Under the pieces are notes generated by a model that worked only from the letters and a program-made list of their open reading frames with translations, did no database searches and had not been told where the DNA came from. The translations under genes were made by a program, and so were the position numbers. DNA of 64,000 nt, taken from positions 1-64,000 of the forward strand of contig JAZDMS010000003.1 in the NCBI GenBank assembly GCA_043800705.1. Reading direction: 5' to 3'. Shown piece by piece: positions 28,430 to 38,273 of the stretch. The stretch's first letter is position 1. Every line of letters begins with the position of its first letter. Source of the DNA: Candidatus Altiarchaeota archaeon (GTDB lineage: Archaea > Altiarchaeota > Altiarchaeia > IMC4 > SCGC-AAA252-I15).

Positions 28430-29761
28430 TTATCCTCTCACCCTCCAATGTCCGCCCTTGTCGGGGCCGACCCTCTTCAAGAGTTTTTTTTCTTTGAGTT
28501 TTTTTATGTTCTTGTATACTGCGACTTCGCTGATATCCAATTTTTTAGAGAGTTCCTCCGTCGTTATGCGGCCGTTTTGAGCGATTAATCTGATTATCTT
28601 AAGTTCATTTTCTCCTAACTTTTCTCCTAACTTTTCTCCTAACTTTCCTCCGGCCCTGTCTGCTTTAGCCATGCTTTTTCGCTTGAAAACTGTGATGAAC
28701 TGCGTTCCTATCTCTCTAAAATCTGCCGTAGGTTCCTTTGAGAGGATAAGGCTTATTCCTCTGCCCCATTTTTCTATGAGGTGAATCCTATGAAGCAACT
28801 CTGCAATGAGCTCGTTTCTCCTCTCTGATACCCTATCCCTCCTTATCGATTTGATTGTAAGTCCCCCATATAACAATCCGGGGCTTCTGATTTCAAGGCG
28901 ATCTCTGAATACTGCTATGTTCACAGAGTCGTATTTCCAGTAGTCTCTGTGACAGAATGCGTTGATTATCGCTTCCCTGACGGCCTCCTTATCAATCTCT
29001 GGAACATCTATGCGGGCAAGGCCTTCTATCCTCATCCCAACGTTAATTTTATCCATTATGTATTTCTGTGCCTGTTCGATTAGGGTGAGCAGGTCGCCTT
29101 CGTAGTCTTTCATATCCAACGGGAGTGATGAGTCATTGGTTGCGAAGACTGCGCACCGTAACCTTGCATTTGGGAAGAATTTCTGCGGCTTCTTCGCAAA
29201 CATCATCACCGCGGAATTGAGTAACTTTCCATCTCTTATGATGTCTAACTTTGTAAGGGAATTTCTGGTCGAATCATATCTGAGACCTGCTTGTTTGAGG
29301 AAGCTTCTCAGCTTCTTAGGGCTTATATCCTCTACTTTAGCCTTCTCGCACACTGAAGTGTCCCATGCCAGTTTGTACCTGTTCTTCTTCAATATCATGT
29401 TTTCGAGTTCTTTGGCGCTCAGCTGTCTGTCTTCATCCCCAACACGCATATATGACCGCCCGTGGGCATAGTAGGGGATATTGACACCTTTGAATTCGAC
29501 ATGGATGCAGTCTCTTCCACCCAGTTCAGTCTTGCTGATTTTGGGGTAAATCTTAGGTTCGATATTTTCAGAGATAGCCCGTGAGACGTCTCTCATACTC
29601 CGCTCGCCGACTGCCTGCCCAATAGCGGTTCCGTCATTTCTAACGCCGAAGAATAACTCACCCCTATGGTGCTTGTTCAGCATTGCCACAACCGAAATCA
29701 CAGCCTCTTTCAGCTCTGACGTCGACTTCTTCAATTCAAGCGTCTCGGACTCCATTAGCAT
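28430..29761 (-). CDS. Schlafen/AlbA_2 + HATPase-like + HTH protein (often annotated RecG-like or transcriptional regulator)
   Basis: ESETLELK, AMLN..GELFFGV.NDG, REAIINAFCHRDY, IEKWGRG, RVGPDKGGHW; lower GC than its neighbours. Confidence 0.9.
   Translation of the reverse strand: MLMESETLELKKSTSELKEAVISVVAMLNKHHRGELFFGVRNDGTAIGQAVGERSMRDVSRAISENIEPKIYPKISKTELGGRDCIHVEFKGVNIPYYAHGRSYMRVGDEDRQLSAKELENMILKKNRYKLAWDTSVCEKAKVEDISPKKLRSFLKQAGLRYDSTRNSLTKLDIIRDGKLLNSAVMMFAKKPQKFFPNARLRCAVFATNDSSLPLDMKDYEGDLLTLIEQAQKYIMDKINVGMRIEGLARIDVPEIDKEAVREAIINAFCHRDYWKYDSVNIAVFRDRLEIRSPGLLYGGLTIKSIRRDRVSERRNELIAELLHRIHLIEKWGRGISLILSKEPTADFREIGTQFITVFKRKSMAKADRAGGKLGEKLGEKLGENELKIIRLIAQNGRITTEELSKKLDISEVAVYKNIKKLKEKKLLKRVGPDKGGHWRVRG
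28608..28651. repeat. 12-bp coding tandem repeat (GEKL units)
   Basis: TTTTCTCCTAAC x3 plus a partial copy. Confidence 0.85.
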
Positions 29762-29817
29762 GATACAATATCACCTCCACACGCAATATAATCGGAAGAG
29801 AGCCCGGGAAAAGTAAA

Positions 29818-30797
29818 CTATGCAGGTTTATGTTTTGCCATCTCGTATCTGTCCCTTATCGTCCTTCTCGACTCTTCCAGATTTTCGCCCACCGCAAGGT
29901 TAGACCGTGCACCGTCCAGCACCTTCGAAGCGGCCCCATTGAATTGGTCCATCGTCAGGCTCGTCTCCACGAGCTTCATGAGCCTGTCATGGGCTCGCAC
30001 AGGAGGTAATCTTCATTTTTCCTCATGTGGTCGTAGACACGGTAACAGTTGGTGAGGACTTCGCTGAACCTGTCATTACACCTTTCGCGCTCCTGTCCTC
30101 TGATGTCCCTGAAGCAATTGACCACAAAGCTGTTCTTTGCGATCCTCTCAGCAAGCCTCTGCCAATCCCCGCGTTTCGCACCTTCAGGCTCGAAGCAGCA
30201 TAAATGGGCCAGCACTTCCCCCAACGCCCTGTCGGATCCCAGACGCGCGTTGATGAAAAGATCCCTCCTGTGCTTTCTCTCATGCCTGATTGCCTCATAA
30301 TCCAGCAGGTCGTTGACTATGATCACTCCCGCATATGCGAGCCTGCCCTGGTTCGGCGCTATGACCAATCCCGCACCCTCCAAACCATTGAGTTTTCCGG
30401 CGACATAGGTGAAATCAGGGCTTTTATACGCCCTTGTCCGGGTTCCTATCCTCATCCTGTCAGATTCGTCAAGCGGCTCAAAATCTCCGATAATCCTGCT
30501 CTCCCTGAAGTATACGGCTCCGTATTCTTCGCTGAACCTCGCATGCTCGAAGTCTGACGGATGAAAAAGGCCCCGATTGCCGGGTTCTATTCCGGCGTCC
30601 TCATTCAATCCCTCCGCAAGGAATGTCATTGCCTTCTGAGCCTGTGAGGCATCCTTCGAATTGAGGCCAGCTAATACGGAGTCGACTTCACGAATCCTCC
30701 CCTCCCTTTGCCTAACAGCCTTCAGGGTCGGCACATCGGCGATGTTCGCCTTCAGGGACTCCAGCTGCCTCAGGGAACCGTCCTTGACGACCTCCAT
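29818..30797 (-). pseudogene. hypothetical HExxH-motif protein, apparently split by a frameshift near 30000
   Basis: ORF 29976-30797 (RHERKH...GEVLAH) overlaps ORF 29818-30000, which continues in another frame. Confidence 0.45.
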
Positions 30798-30905
30798 ATG
30801 TAGAAACCTGGAATCTCCGGGTAAAAACCGAAGACGCCTCTGTTTTCGGCGTTTACCGAAAGGAAACCTGGACGTTTTTATTCGGAACCGCGACTTATCT
30901 GTACC

Positions 30906-31697
30906 ATGACAGAAGAAACCAAGTCTTGCGGATGCTCAACGAAGGTGTACCACGTATTTTTCGCGGTCTTGATGATCGCAGCGGTGGGAATACTGTGCAT
31001 GAACGCTAACAGGGAAGCAGTCCCGAAAATAGTGCAGATCGACTCGATGGGGCTGCAGAAGGACACAATCACCGTATCCGGCAATGCCCAGATCACGGTC
31101 GCCCCAGACGAGGCCATAGCCTACATAAGCGTCGTCACCGACAACGCCACTGCGAAAGACAGCCAGGAAAACAACCGGGTCGTCTCTGACGTAGTCATGT
31201 CCTCGCTGAAGGGCATCGGCATCAGCCCCGCAGACATAGAGACAGACTCGTACTCCCTCACCAAACTGGAGGAATACGACCAGGAATCCGGAAAATACCT
31301 AGAGCGCGGATTCAGGCTCACCAACACGATCAAAGTGACCACACGCGACATCAAGAATGTCGGGGGCATAGTCGATGCCGCAGTCGGCGCCGGAGCCAAC
31401 GGCGTCGACAGCGTGACGTTCCAGCTGACTAAGGAATCGGAGAAAACCGTCCGCGACCAGGCGATGGTGAAGGCCACACAGGCGGCCATGTCCAAGGCCC
31501 AGAGCCTCGCGAAGACCGCGGGAGTGGGAGTCGGCAAGGCGGTCAGCATCCAGGAGCAGAACTTCTACTACGCGCCGTACGAGTTCAACGTCAGGAACAC
31601 CATGGTCGCAGGGGACGCGAAGCTCGCCCCGACCGTGATATCCCCCCAGAAGGTGGAAGTCACATCAAGCGTGCAGCTGATATACGCCATCAAATAA
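30906..31697 (+). CDS. SIMPL/DUF541 domain protein
   Basis: TITVSGNAQITVAPD, GAGANGVDSVTF, AQSLAK, N-terminal TM helix. Confidence 0.92.
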   Translation: MTEETKSCGCSTKVYHVFFAVLMIAAVGILCMNANREAVPKIVQIDSMGLQKDTITVSGNAQITVAPDEAIAYISVVTDNATAKDSQENNRVVSDVVMSSLKGIGISPADIETDSYSLTKLEEYDQESGKYLERGFRLTNTIKVTTRDIKNVGGIVDAAVGAGANGVDSVTFQLTKESEKTVRDQAMVKATQAAMSKAQSLAKTAGVGVGKAVSIQEQNFYYAPYEFNVRNTMVAGDAKLAPTVISPQKVEVTSSVQLIYAIK

Positions 31698-31852
31698 CCG
31701 GCTCTGACAGTTGCCGCATCCGGAATGATGCGGCCTACGTTTTTATCCGGCCGGCTCCCCATTGTTAACATGGCGGTGAGGGAGCCTTTGCCGGTCATTC
31801 AGCGATTCTCTGTCGGATTGAGAGATTTTTAAGTCGTATTTCGGTGTATAAT

Positions 31853-32071
31853 ATGATGCGAAAGTACAAGGTTGTTTTGCAGCCGGATGAAGAAGGCGGG
31901 TATAATGTCGTGGTAGTGGGTCTTCCAGGCTGCTTTAGTCAGGGTGAAACGAAGAAGGAGGCGCTAGCGAATGCCCGCGAAGCCATAGAATGCCACCTTG
32001 CCGCATTGCAGGATTCGGGAGTAAACATCTCCAAAATACCGAAGGCCTGTTTGGGCGTTGTCTCAGTCTAA
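31853..32071 (+). CDS. hicB: HicB-family antitoxin
   Basis: EEGGY.V...LPGCFSQGET..EAL.NAREAI. Confidence 0.92.
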   Translation: MMRKYKVVLQPDEEGGYNVVVVGLPGCFSQGETKKEALANAREAIECHLAALQDSGVNISKIPKACLGVVSV

Positions 32072-32292
32072 TGAAACTTCCAGTTGTCTCTGGCGAATCG
32101 TTAATTAAATTCCTGACGCATCACGGTTTTATCGTTGTGCGCCAGCATGGAAGTCACGTCACACTCAAACGTGTCAATATGCCACATACGCATGTGACGG
32201 TGCCGCTGCACAATACACTCAAGAAGGGAACCTTATTGAACATACTCAATCAGGCTGAAATAGACAAAACAGAATTCACCAGTAAAATTTGA
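32071..32292 (+). CDS. hicA: HicA-family toxin
   Basis: GFIVVRQHGSH, VTVPLH..LKKGTL..IL; TAATG overlap with hicB. Confidence 0.92.
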   Translation: MKLPVVSGESLIKFLTHHGFIVVRQHGSHVTLKRVNMPHTHVTVPLHNTLKKGTLLNILNQAEIDKTEFTSKI

Positions 32293-32428
32293 CAAAAAAG
32301 GTTTCCTCCCCCTCGGAGCTCCCACATCTTCTCCTAGGCACGTATCCTAGAGCCGAAATTCACCCCAAGATAAAAGTGGTTAGTTTATATGCAAAATCCT
32401 TAAGACAATAAGGTATGCGGTGGGAATC

Positions 32429-32917
32429 ATGAAATGTCCATTGTGTAAGGCAAATCTGAATGAAAAAGACCTTTATAATAATGTCCAAAAAATTGGGGGA
32501 ATCAATGAATTAAAAAAATTAAGCACTCAAACCCAACCCGCAGATGAAGATGAGGTACTTCTAAAAGTAAAAGCAGCATCATCTTTCGCTTGGGTTTGTC
32601 CAAAATGTGATTCTATCATCACAATATCCTCTGATAGCGGTATGGGGGGCATGCCTGGTCCAGATATTCCTACTGGAGAAATTTCTGGATTAAACAAATG
32701 GGAGTACCTCCACTTTTTAGGCACCTTTCCGAATGTGGAGGGTATAAGGAAGGATAGACCAGATTATGAAGATAATGGGGACACACAATATTTAGACCAG
32801 TTAGGTGATGAGGGTTGGGAGTTAGCCTCAGTAGTGCCATTCACTAATCAGGGAATTGTTCTCAGACTGGGTTACTTCCTCAAGAGAAAAAAACTACCAA
32901 ATTTAGATTCACCTTGA
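32429..32917 (+). CDS. hypothetical protein: zinc ribbon plus DUF4177-like domain
   Basis: CPLC and CPKC; KWEY...LDQLGDEGWELASV; low GC. Confidence 0.7.
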   Translation: MKCPLCKANLNEKDLYNNVQKIGGINELKKLSTQTQPADEDEVLLKVKAASSFAWVCPKCDSIITISSDSGMGGMPGPDIPTGEISGLNKWEYLHFLGTFPNVEGIRKDRPDYEDNGDTQYLDQLGDEGWELASVVPFTNQGIVLRLGYFLKRKKLPNLDSP

Positions 32918-33056
32918 AAGGAAGTATTTCGTCGTAACTGTTTAGTTTTCTGTAATGGCTTGATGAGGGCTTTCTAATGCATTTTATGGCATTATTCCCA
33001 AAAGGTATTGGTGAGGATTGGTTTGCCTTTGGCCAAAATTTTTGATAATAAGGTAG

Positions 33057-33932
33057 TCATTTTGAACCCAATGTACTAACAACCCATCTTTTGAAGGTCG
33101 TTTCTATACTGTCTTCTAATTTTGTCCCTTCAACTTTGAATATCATTTGGTGGGTTGTTTTGTCACTTCTGTTGGTTTTGGGTTCAGCTATCATATCTGC
33201 CTTTATGATAATCCTATAAGACTCGTTTGAGACGTATGGAGGGCACATTGCCTCCACCATTATGAGTTCTTTTGGGGGAATAATTTCATCTCCGGTTGGA
33301 GACAAAATTCTTGGATTTTGGCATTCCCGGTTTTCTTTCGAGATACTGATATTCTTAAAGGAAAGATAAGAGTCCGGAATATTTCGCCAACTCATATTAT
33401 CTGGAGAATAACCTAAATAAACAACATTTATGTGCATCGATTGTGCCAAATTTCCATCCGGATTATAACCCAGTAAGCCTGTTGAATTATAAAAAAAGTT
33501 AGATAATCCGGCTTTGAATGAACCATTTTTTTCGTAATACTCAAAAACATTCGGCTGATCCTCAGCCATCGATCCAGGTAAATAATAGCTCCCCGATCCA
33601 TTCAGTGCCCAGTCGAATCTAGGTGCTGGATCATAGACCGGAATCGAATTCCAATATTGTACCATATCCGGGATGTAGAAGAATAGACATATACAAAAAA
33701 ATTGAACCACAGCTAGTGTCCGACCGCAGATGAAAAATTTAGATTTCTCCTCAGTTTTTTCCTTTTTTCGAGGCCTGAAATAGAGCGCCGGTAGGCCCAA
33801 ACCTAGGATGAAGTTAAATGGAAAATAATCAGCAAAAGCATGTGTTATTATAGAAACAACTATTGACCCAGATATAATCTCATAGAGGTGCAGGCCATAT
33901 TCTTTAGAATTCCACCTATCAATAACTTCCAT
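33057..33932 (-). CDS. hypothetical membrane protein (transposon passenger)
   Basis: 291-aa AT-rich ORF with N-terminal TM helices. Confidence 0.7.
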   Translation of the reverse strand: MEVIDRWNSKEYGLHLYEIISGSIVVSIITHAFADYFPFNFILGLGLPALYFRPRKKEKTEEKSKFFICGRTLAVVQFFCICLFFYIPDMVQYWNSIPVYDPAPRFDWALNGSGSYYLPGSMAEDQPNVFEYYEKNGSFKAGLSNFFYNSTGLLGYNPDGNLAQSMHINVVYLGYSPDNMSWRNIPDSYLSFKNISISKENRECQNPRILSPTGDEIIPPKELIMVEAMCPPYVSNESYRIIIKADMIAEPKTNRSDKTTHQMIFKVEGTKLEDSIETTFKRWVVSTLGSK

Positions 33933-34005
33933 CCTATACTTTATTGGTCCACATAAAGATAAAACTGGGTTCGTGAGTGCCTACTTCAGAAAAGTCACCA
34001 GCAGA

Positions 34006-35034
34006 TTATCTTCTTTGTTCTCTTGGTCTTGTTCTCGTGACTGTATGTAGTTCCGGTTGAGGATTCCTCCCCGGTTCTGGCTCTTCTAAAGCGACCTGTG
34101 CTTCTAGGACGTCTGGGTCAGGTCGTTTTGGCGCAGTTTCGTCTTCTGGCTTTTTCTCCTTAGATGTTTGAGGTGATTCTGTGAAGGTACTTCCAGACCC
34201 TACCCTCTGCTCTCCCCTGAAGCTGACATATCTCGACAGTTTTTCGACCCGCTCAGTCTGCTGCGCTCCGTTTAAAATATCCCCTAGAACTGACACGTCC
34301 ATGTCGGGGTGGTTTCCGAGCCTAATTAACGCAGACTCTATGGCGTGGTCCGGGTTCCTGCCAGCTCTTTGTTCGATTGACGCAATATCAAAGAGATGAC
34401 TTACCGCCTTTTTTCCGTTTGTTTCATTGAGGTATCCCAGGGAGTGGTTTATTTGACTGCGTCCATGTGGGCTTACGGTGGAGGCAAGAAGTGCGGGTTC
34501 TCTCCATGCAGCAAGTTGGCGCAAGTTGCCGTCGAGACTATCTCCCTTTGCAAGTTCGCTGAACCTTCCTTTTTCGTCAAATTTATAGAGAGTTGAATCT
34601 TTTGGCGGTCTTCCATGCTGTCGGAGGTATGAGTCTAGACTCGTCACCCCTTCAGACGTTTTTAGGATTAGCTGTTCTTCCGGGATGCGCTCCATCCAGT
34701 CCTGGGGGACGGTTGCACGGTCAACATATTTGTCCCTGGGCATGTCACTTATAGCGGCGATATTCCTTTCCATCTGCTGCCTTGTCTCGTCAGTCAGCTT
34801 AGGGATCGGCTTCGGTAACTTTATAGCATCAGGCATAGTTGTCCTTTGATGTATCTCTTCAACAGGCATACCATATGATAATCTCTCAGTCATATGTTCT
34901 CCAATGGAGCGTACGACTCGTTTTCCAAGCCACATAAGTTCTCTGCCAAGTTGCCTTAGGGTTATCGGTTCAGGCTCTAGGTCTGCTGCTGTGAAAGTCC
35001 CTTGTCCCGGCTGAATGGTTCTCTCTCGTGGCAT
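34006..35034 (-). CDS. hypothetical protein (transposon passenger)
   Basis: 342-aa ATG ORF. Confidence 0.7.
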   Translation of the reverse strand: MPRERTIQPGQGTFTAADLEPEPITLRQLGRELMWLGKRVVRSIGEHMTERLSYGMPVEEIHQRTTMPDAIKLPKPIPKLTDETRQQMERNIAAISDMPRDKYVDRATVPQDWMERIPEEQLILKTSEGVTSLDSYLRQHGRPPKDSTLYKFDEKGRFSELAKGDSLDGNLRQLAAWREPALLASTVSPHGRSQINHSLGYLNETNGKKAVSHLFDIASIEQRAGRNPDHAIESALIRLGNHPDMDVSVLGDILNGAQQTERVEKLSRYVSFRGEQRVGSGSTFTESPQTSKEKKPEDETAPKRPDPDVLEAQVALEEPEPGRNPQPELHTVTRTRPREQRR

Positions 35035-35041
35035 GCTCTCC

Positions 35042-35338
35042 CTACAGTTTGTTTTTCTCTAATATTTCCTTGATGATATTTGAGTATAGGATCCGGTTTC
35101 TTTCGTCGATATCTGCATCTGCTATAGCTATCAGTGGCTTTTTCTGGGTTTCATCCCATACCAGCGCCAGGTGCTCAAGTTTGTTCGCCCCTAAGATGGC
35201 GTTGAGCCGTTGGTCTGATTCTACTGAGGATATCAAATCTTTTAATGAATCAAGCCTTAAGGCGGTAACTGGCTTCGCATTTATCTCCTTGTGCCTTTCA
35301 TGAAGCCGGCGACTCTGCTCTTCAAGCTCCGAGCTCAT
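35042..35338 (-). CDS. hypothetical protein (transposon passenger)
   Basis: ORF ending 7 bp upstream of the 342-aa gene; start set at MSSELEE. Confidence 0.55.
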   Translation of the reverse strand: MSSELEEQSRRLHERHKEINAKPVTALRLDSLKDLISSVESDQRLNAILGANKLEHLALVWDETQKKPLIAIADADIDERNRILYSNIIKEILEKNKL

Positions 35339-35392
35339 AATAACTACTCCGAATGATGAGGATATAAATACGCAAGTCAATAAGGAACTGTC

Positions 35393-35749
35393 ATGAGCCT
35401 AGACAAACGATTTATTGATGCATTTTCTCCGACACGATCCAGATTGATGGTCTTTTTCGTTTTGATTGTGGGATTTTTTTGGATAGTAGCCATGGCATAT
35501 CTAGGCGGAGGCAAGGTAGTCTCTTCTCGACATGCTTTGGTAAACTTTGTATATGAATATTTTGGAGAAACAGCACCGTTCAAGGGGTGGTCGCCTGCTA
35601 ACCCATTCGACCCTGCCGTATATGCAGCTCGACTACCCTCGATCATCTTCTTAATTATTTTCATCTACATTTGCGCCTGCTTCTTTGAAAGCGTGTTCAG
35701 ACGGATGTTTCAAAAAGAGAAGAGAAAGGTTGGATCAAACGAAAGTTAG
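35393..35749 (+). CDS. small membrane protein (transposon passenger)
   Basis: 118-aa ORF with two TM helices. Confidence 0.6.
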   Translation: MSLDKRFIDAFSPTRSRLMVFFVLIVGFFWIVAMAYLGGGKVVSSRHALVNFVYEYFGETAPFKGWSPANPFDPAVYAARLPSIIFLIIFIYICACFFESVFRRMFQKEKRKVGSNES

Positions 35750-35819
35750 GCTCCCTCCAATAATCAAAAAGAGCGGACTATAGCTACTCGCTATTTTCAT
35801 TCATCCTAGAGTCTCTTTC

Positions 35820-36755
35820 TTATTTATTTAAAATATCTTTTTTGATTTTTTGTTGGGCTTGATATTTTTCTGCCTGTTTCTTAATGCAATCGTCGCAATA
35901 GACGTAAGGTGGATTAATTATTTTGTTGCAATCACGGCAATTTGTTTTCTGTTCTTTTTTCCTCAGATATCCTACAAAATCCTCATGTATGCGCTCACGA
36001 GCTTGTGATAAGAGATCCTCAATTTTACATTCTAACCCGTTGGAATCGCGTAATTCCTTCAAGTGCTGTATTAAGTGATACATCCTCCATTGATACAAAT
36101 GTTCGTGGCATATGTTCAAAGAAAGTTCTAATTCTTTTAAGTGTTTCTCATCAACTTCAACATCTAATTTATCTAGGATTTTTCTATCTCTTTCATCAAA
36201 ATCTGAAATTCTTTTTTCAAATATTTTCTGCCATTTATCCAAATCTTCTTTTAATAATGGTTTTTTCCAGCGATTAATGTCCTTCTCATTTGTGCAATAA
36301 TCTGCAATATATCTAATGGCATTTTTTTGATCGATTATCATATCCTCTAAAACATCTTTTATTTCAAAATCTATTGGATTTCTCCATCTCCACAATGGCG
36401 CACCACATCTCATACAATGCCTACGACCATAATAGGTACTGTTTATAATTCCGCAAATTTTACATGTTCTTTTATAGTAGAAATCTTCTCCCCAAAGATA
36501 TTTTCCATATTTTTTATAAATTTTAAACAAAAAACCCTCAATTCTATAAAGAGGATATGGGAGAGAAGAATATCTTATTTCGCAAGGGAGGCATCTAGGT
36601 CCTGTATGATCTTTTGATATTTCATCTTTATTTTCATTTAAAAAATCATTGTATTTTTTGATTGGTTTTGAACAATACTTACAGGTTTTAATTTCATCCT
36701 GTTTTGGTTTTTCTCTATCTACGAGTTCGCTCATTAGATTGATATGGTTAATCAT
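35820..36755 (-). CDS. Cys-rich multi-zinc-ribbon hypothetical protein (transposon passenger)
   Basis: Six CxxC pairs (CKYC, CLPC, CKIC, CMRC, CRDC, CDDC); very AT-rich. Confidence 0.7.
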   Translation of the reverse strand: MINHINLMSELVDREKPKQDEIKTCKYCSKPIKKYNDFLNENKDEISKDHTGPRCLPCEIRYSSLPYPLYRIEGFLFKIYKKYGKYLWGEDFYYKRTCKICGIINSTYYGRRHCMRCGAPLWRWRNPIDFEIKDVLEDMIIDQKNAIRYIADYCTNEKDINRWKKPLLKEDLDKWQKIFEKRISDFDERDRKILDKLDVEVDEKHLKELELSLNICHEHLYQWRMYHLIQHLKELRDSNGLECKIEDLLSQARERIHEDFVGYLRKKEQKTNCRDCNKIINPPYVYCDDCIKKQAEKYQAQQKIKKDILNK

Positions 36756-36768
36756 TTATTATTAATAT

Positions 36769-38091
36769 GTGAATCCCTCATCGGAGGGTGGTGGCTGCAA
36801 GGAATGCGAGAAACTGCGCGCCAAATTGAAGGTTCTCCGCAAAGAGAACCGCATATTAAAAGAGCGTCTAGCATCCATTGAGGCATATTCTGTCAGTTTA
36901 CGGTGGTTTAAGCCTTCTGTAAAGCATCCTAAGAAGCGAAAGAAACCAGGCAGACATGAAGGTCATGCTGGCGCTGGCAGGCAAAGACCAGAGCGTGTGG
37001 ACGAAATAATCCCTGTCACTCTTGACCGTTGCCCGGACTGTGGAAACGGATTAAAAGAACCATATAGCATTCGCAGCCGCTATGTATGGGATGTGCCCCC
37101 ACCCACAGCAGTCAAAGCCACCGAATACCGGATACACAGGTATTGGTGTCGATGCTGCAGACGCAGCATAGAAGCCCAACCAGAACAACTGCCGTATTTC
37201 CGCCTAGGAATGGGCGCATGGGAGTGGGCATATGTGATGCATCACCAACTCAACGTCAGCTTCGACAAAATCAGCTGGTGGATGCGCGAAGTATGGCAAC
37301 TACCCATAACCAAAGGTGCGTTGACCCAAGGATTAGACTCCTTGGGAAAGCGTTTAACGCCAGCATATGACAGTATGATGGTGAACCTTAAAACAAGCCG
37401 ATACAGTCACACAGATGAAACCAGTTGTAGGGTTAATGGCGCGAACTGGTGGACTTGGATATTCCGAACACAAAACCAAATAATCTACCACACAGAAGGC
37501 AGCCGAGGCGGCGAAGTACCAAAGAAGATACTAGGGGAAGAATATAATGGCGTAATCGTTACCGATGACTATCCTGGGTATCGCCGCTTAAAATGCCAGA
37601 AACAAGCCTGTTGGGTACACTTGATACGAAAAGCAAGGGATTTGTGTGAGATGAAGAAACCACACCCAGAACATAGACGAGTACATCGTCACCTTCAAAG
37701 GATCTACCATGACATCAAAGAATATCAGGAGAAGCCCCCTCCACCAGATGAAAGGATGAATCATTTCCTCTTATTTGAGCAGAGACTCAAACGAGTCATA
37801 CGGAAAAAGTATAAGACAAAAGGGTCAAAAACGATAGCGGAACGGATACGAAAGAGACTGCCAGAATATCTCACTTGCATACTAGAGCCAGACATACCAC
37901 CTCAAAACAACCCCGCTGAACAGGCACTTCGGCATCAGGTGATTCACCGAAAAAACAGCACAATACGAGGCGAGACATCCGTGAAAACACATGACATACT
38001 CAACACCCTACTAGCCACGCAACTACAAACCACACCAAACCCTCTGGAAGCTACACACAAAATCTTAACACAACTCACTACAACGAACTAA
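36769..38091 (+). CDS. IS66-family DDE transposase (single-ORF type)
   Basis: Leucine zipper, KPGRHEGH, CPDCG zinc finger, HTDETS, TDDYPGY, QACWVHLIR, NNPAEQALR; stop codon lies inside the right TIR. Confidence 0.93.
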   Translation: MNPSSEGGGCKECEKLRAKLKVLRKENRILKERLASIEAYSVSLRWFKPSVKHPKKRKKPGRHEGHAGAGRQRPERVDEIIPVTLDRCPDCGNGLKEPYSIRSRYVWDVPPPTAVKATEYRIHRYWCRCCRRSIEAQPEQLPYFRLGMGAWEWAYVMHHQLNVSFDKISWWMREVWQLPITKGALTQGLDSLGKRLTPAYDSMMVNLKTSRYSHTDETSCRVNGANWWTWIFRTQNQIIYHTEGSRGGEVPKKILGEEYNGVIVTDDYPGYRRLKCQKQACWVHLIRKARDLCEMKKPHPEHRRVHRHLQRIYHDIKEYQEKPPPPDERMNHFLLFEQRLKRVIRKKYKTKGSKTIAERIRKRLPEYLTCILEPDIPPQNNPAEQALRHQVIHRKNSTIRGETSVKTHDILNTLLATQLQTTPNPLEATHKILTQLTTTN

Positions 38092-38273
38092 ACAGTTACA
38101 TTTCGTCGCTCACTCAAATGAGGGTTCCCTCTCCCTCGGGACTCCCCACCTCCCCTAAAACATGTGTTATGGCATAAAAAGAAAAAGCGCTCCCTCACCT
38201 CAACCTCGCTAATATCTCAATCCCTATTAATTTCTTAAGTTTAATTTAATAAGACCTTACTCAATTCTTTATT

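Larger units (their letters stand above)
32934..38099 (+). mobile_element. IS66-family transposon carrying passenger genes
   Basis: Terminal inverted repeat GTAACTGTTTAGTT (32934-32947 and 38086-38099); 8-bp direct repeat ATTTCGTC at 32926-32933 and 38100-38107; IS66 transposase at the right end. Confidence 0.9.
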
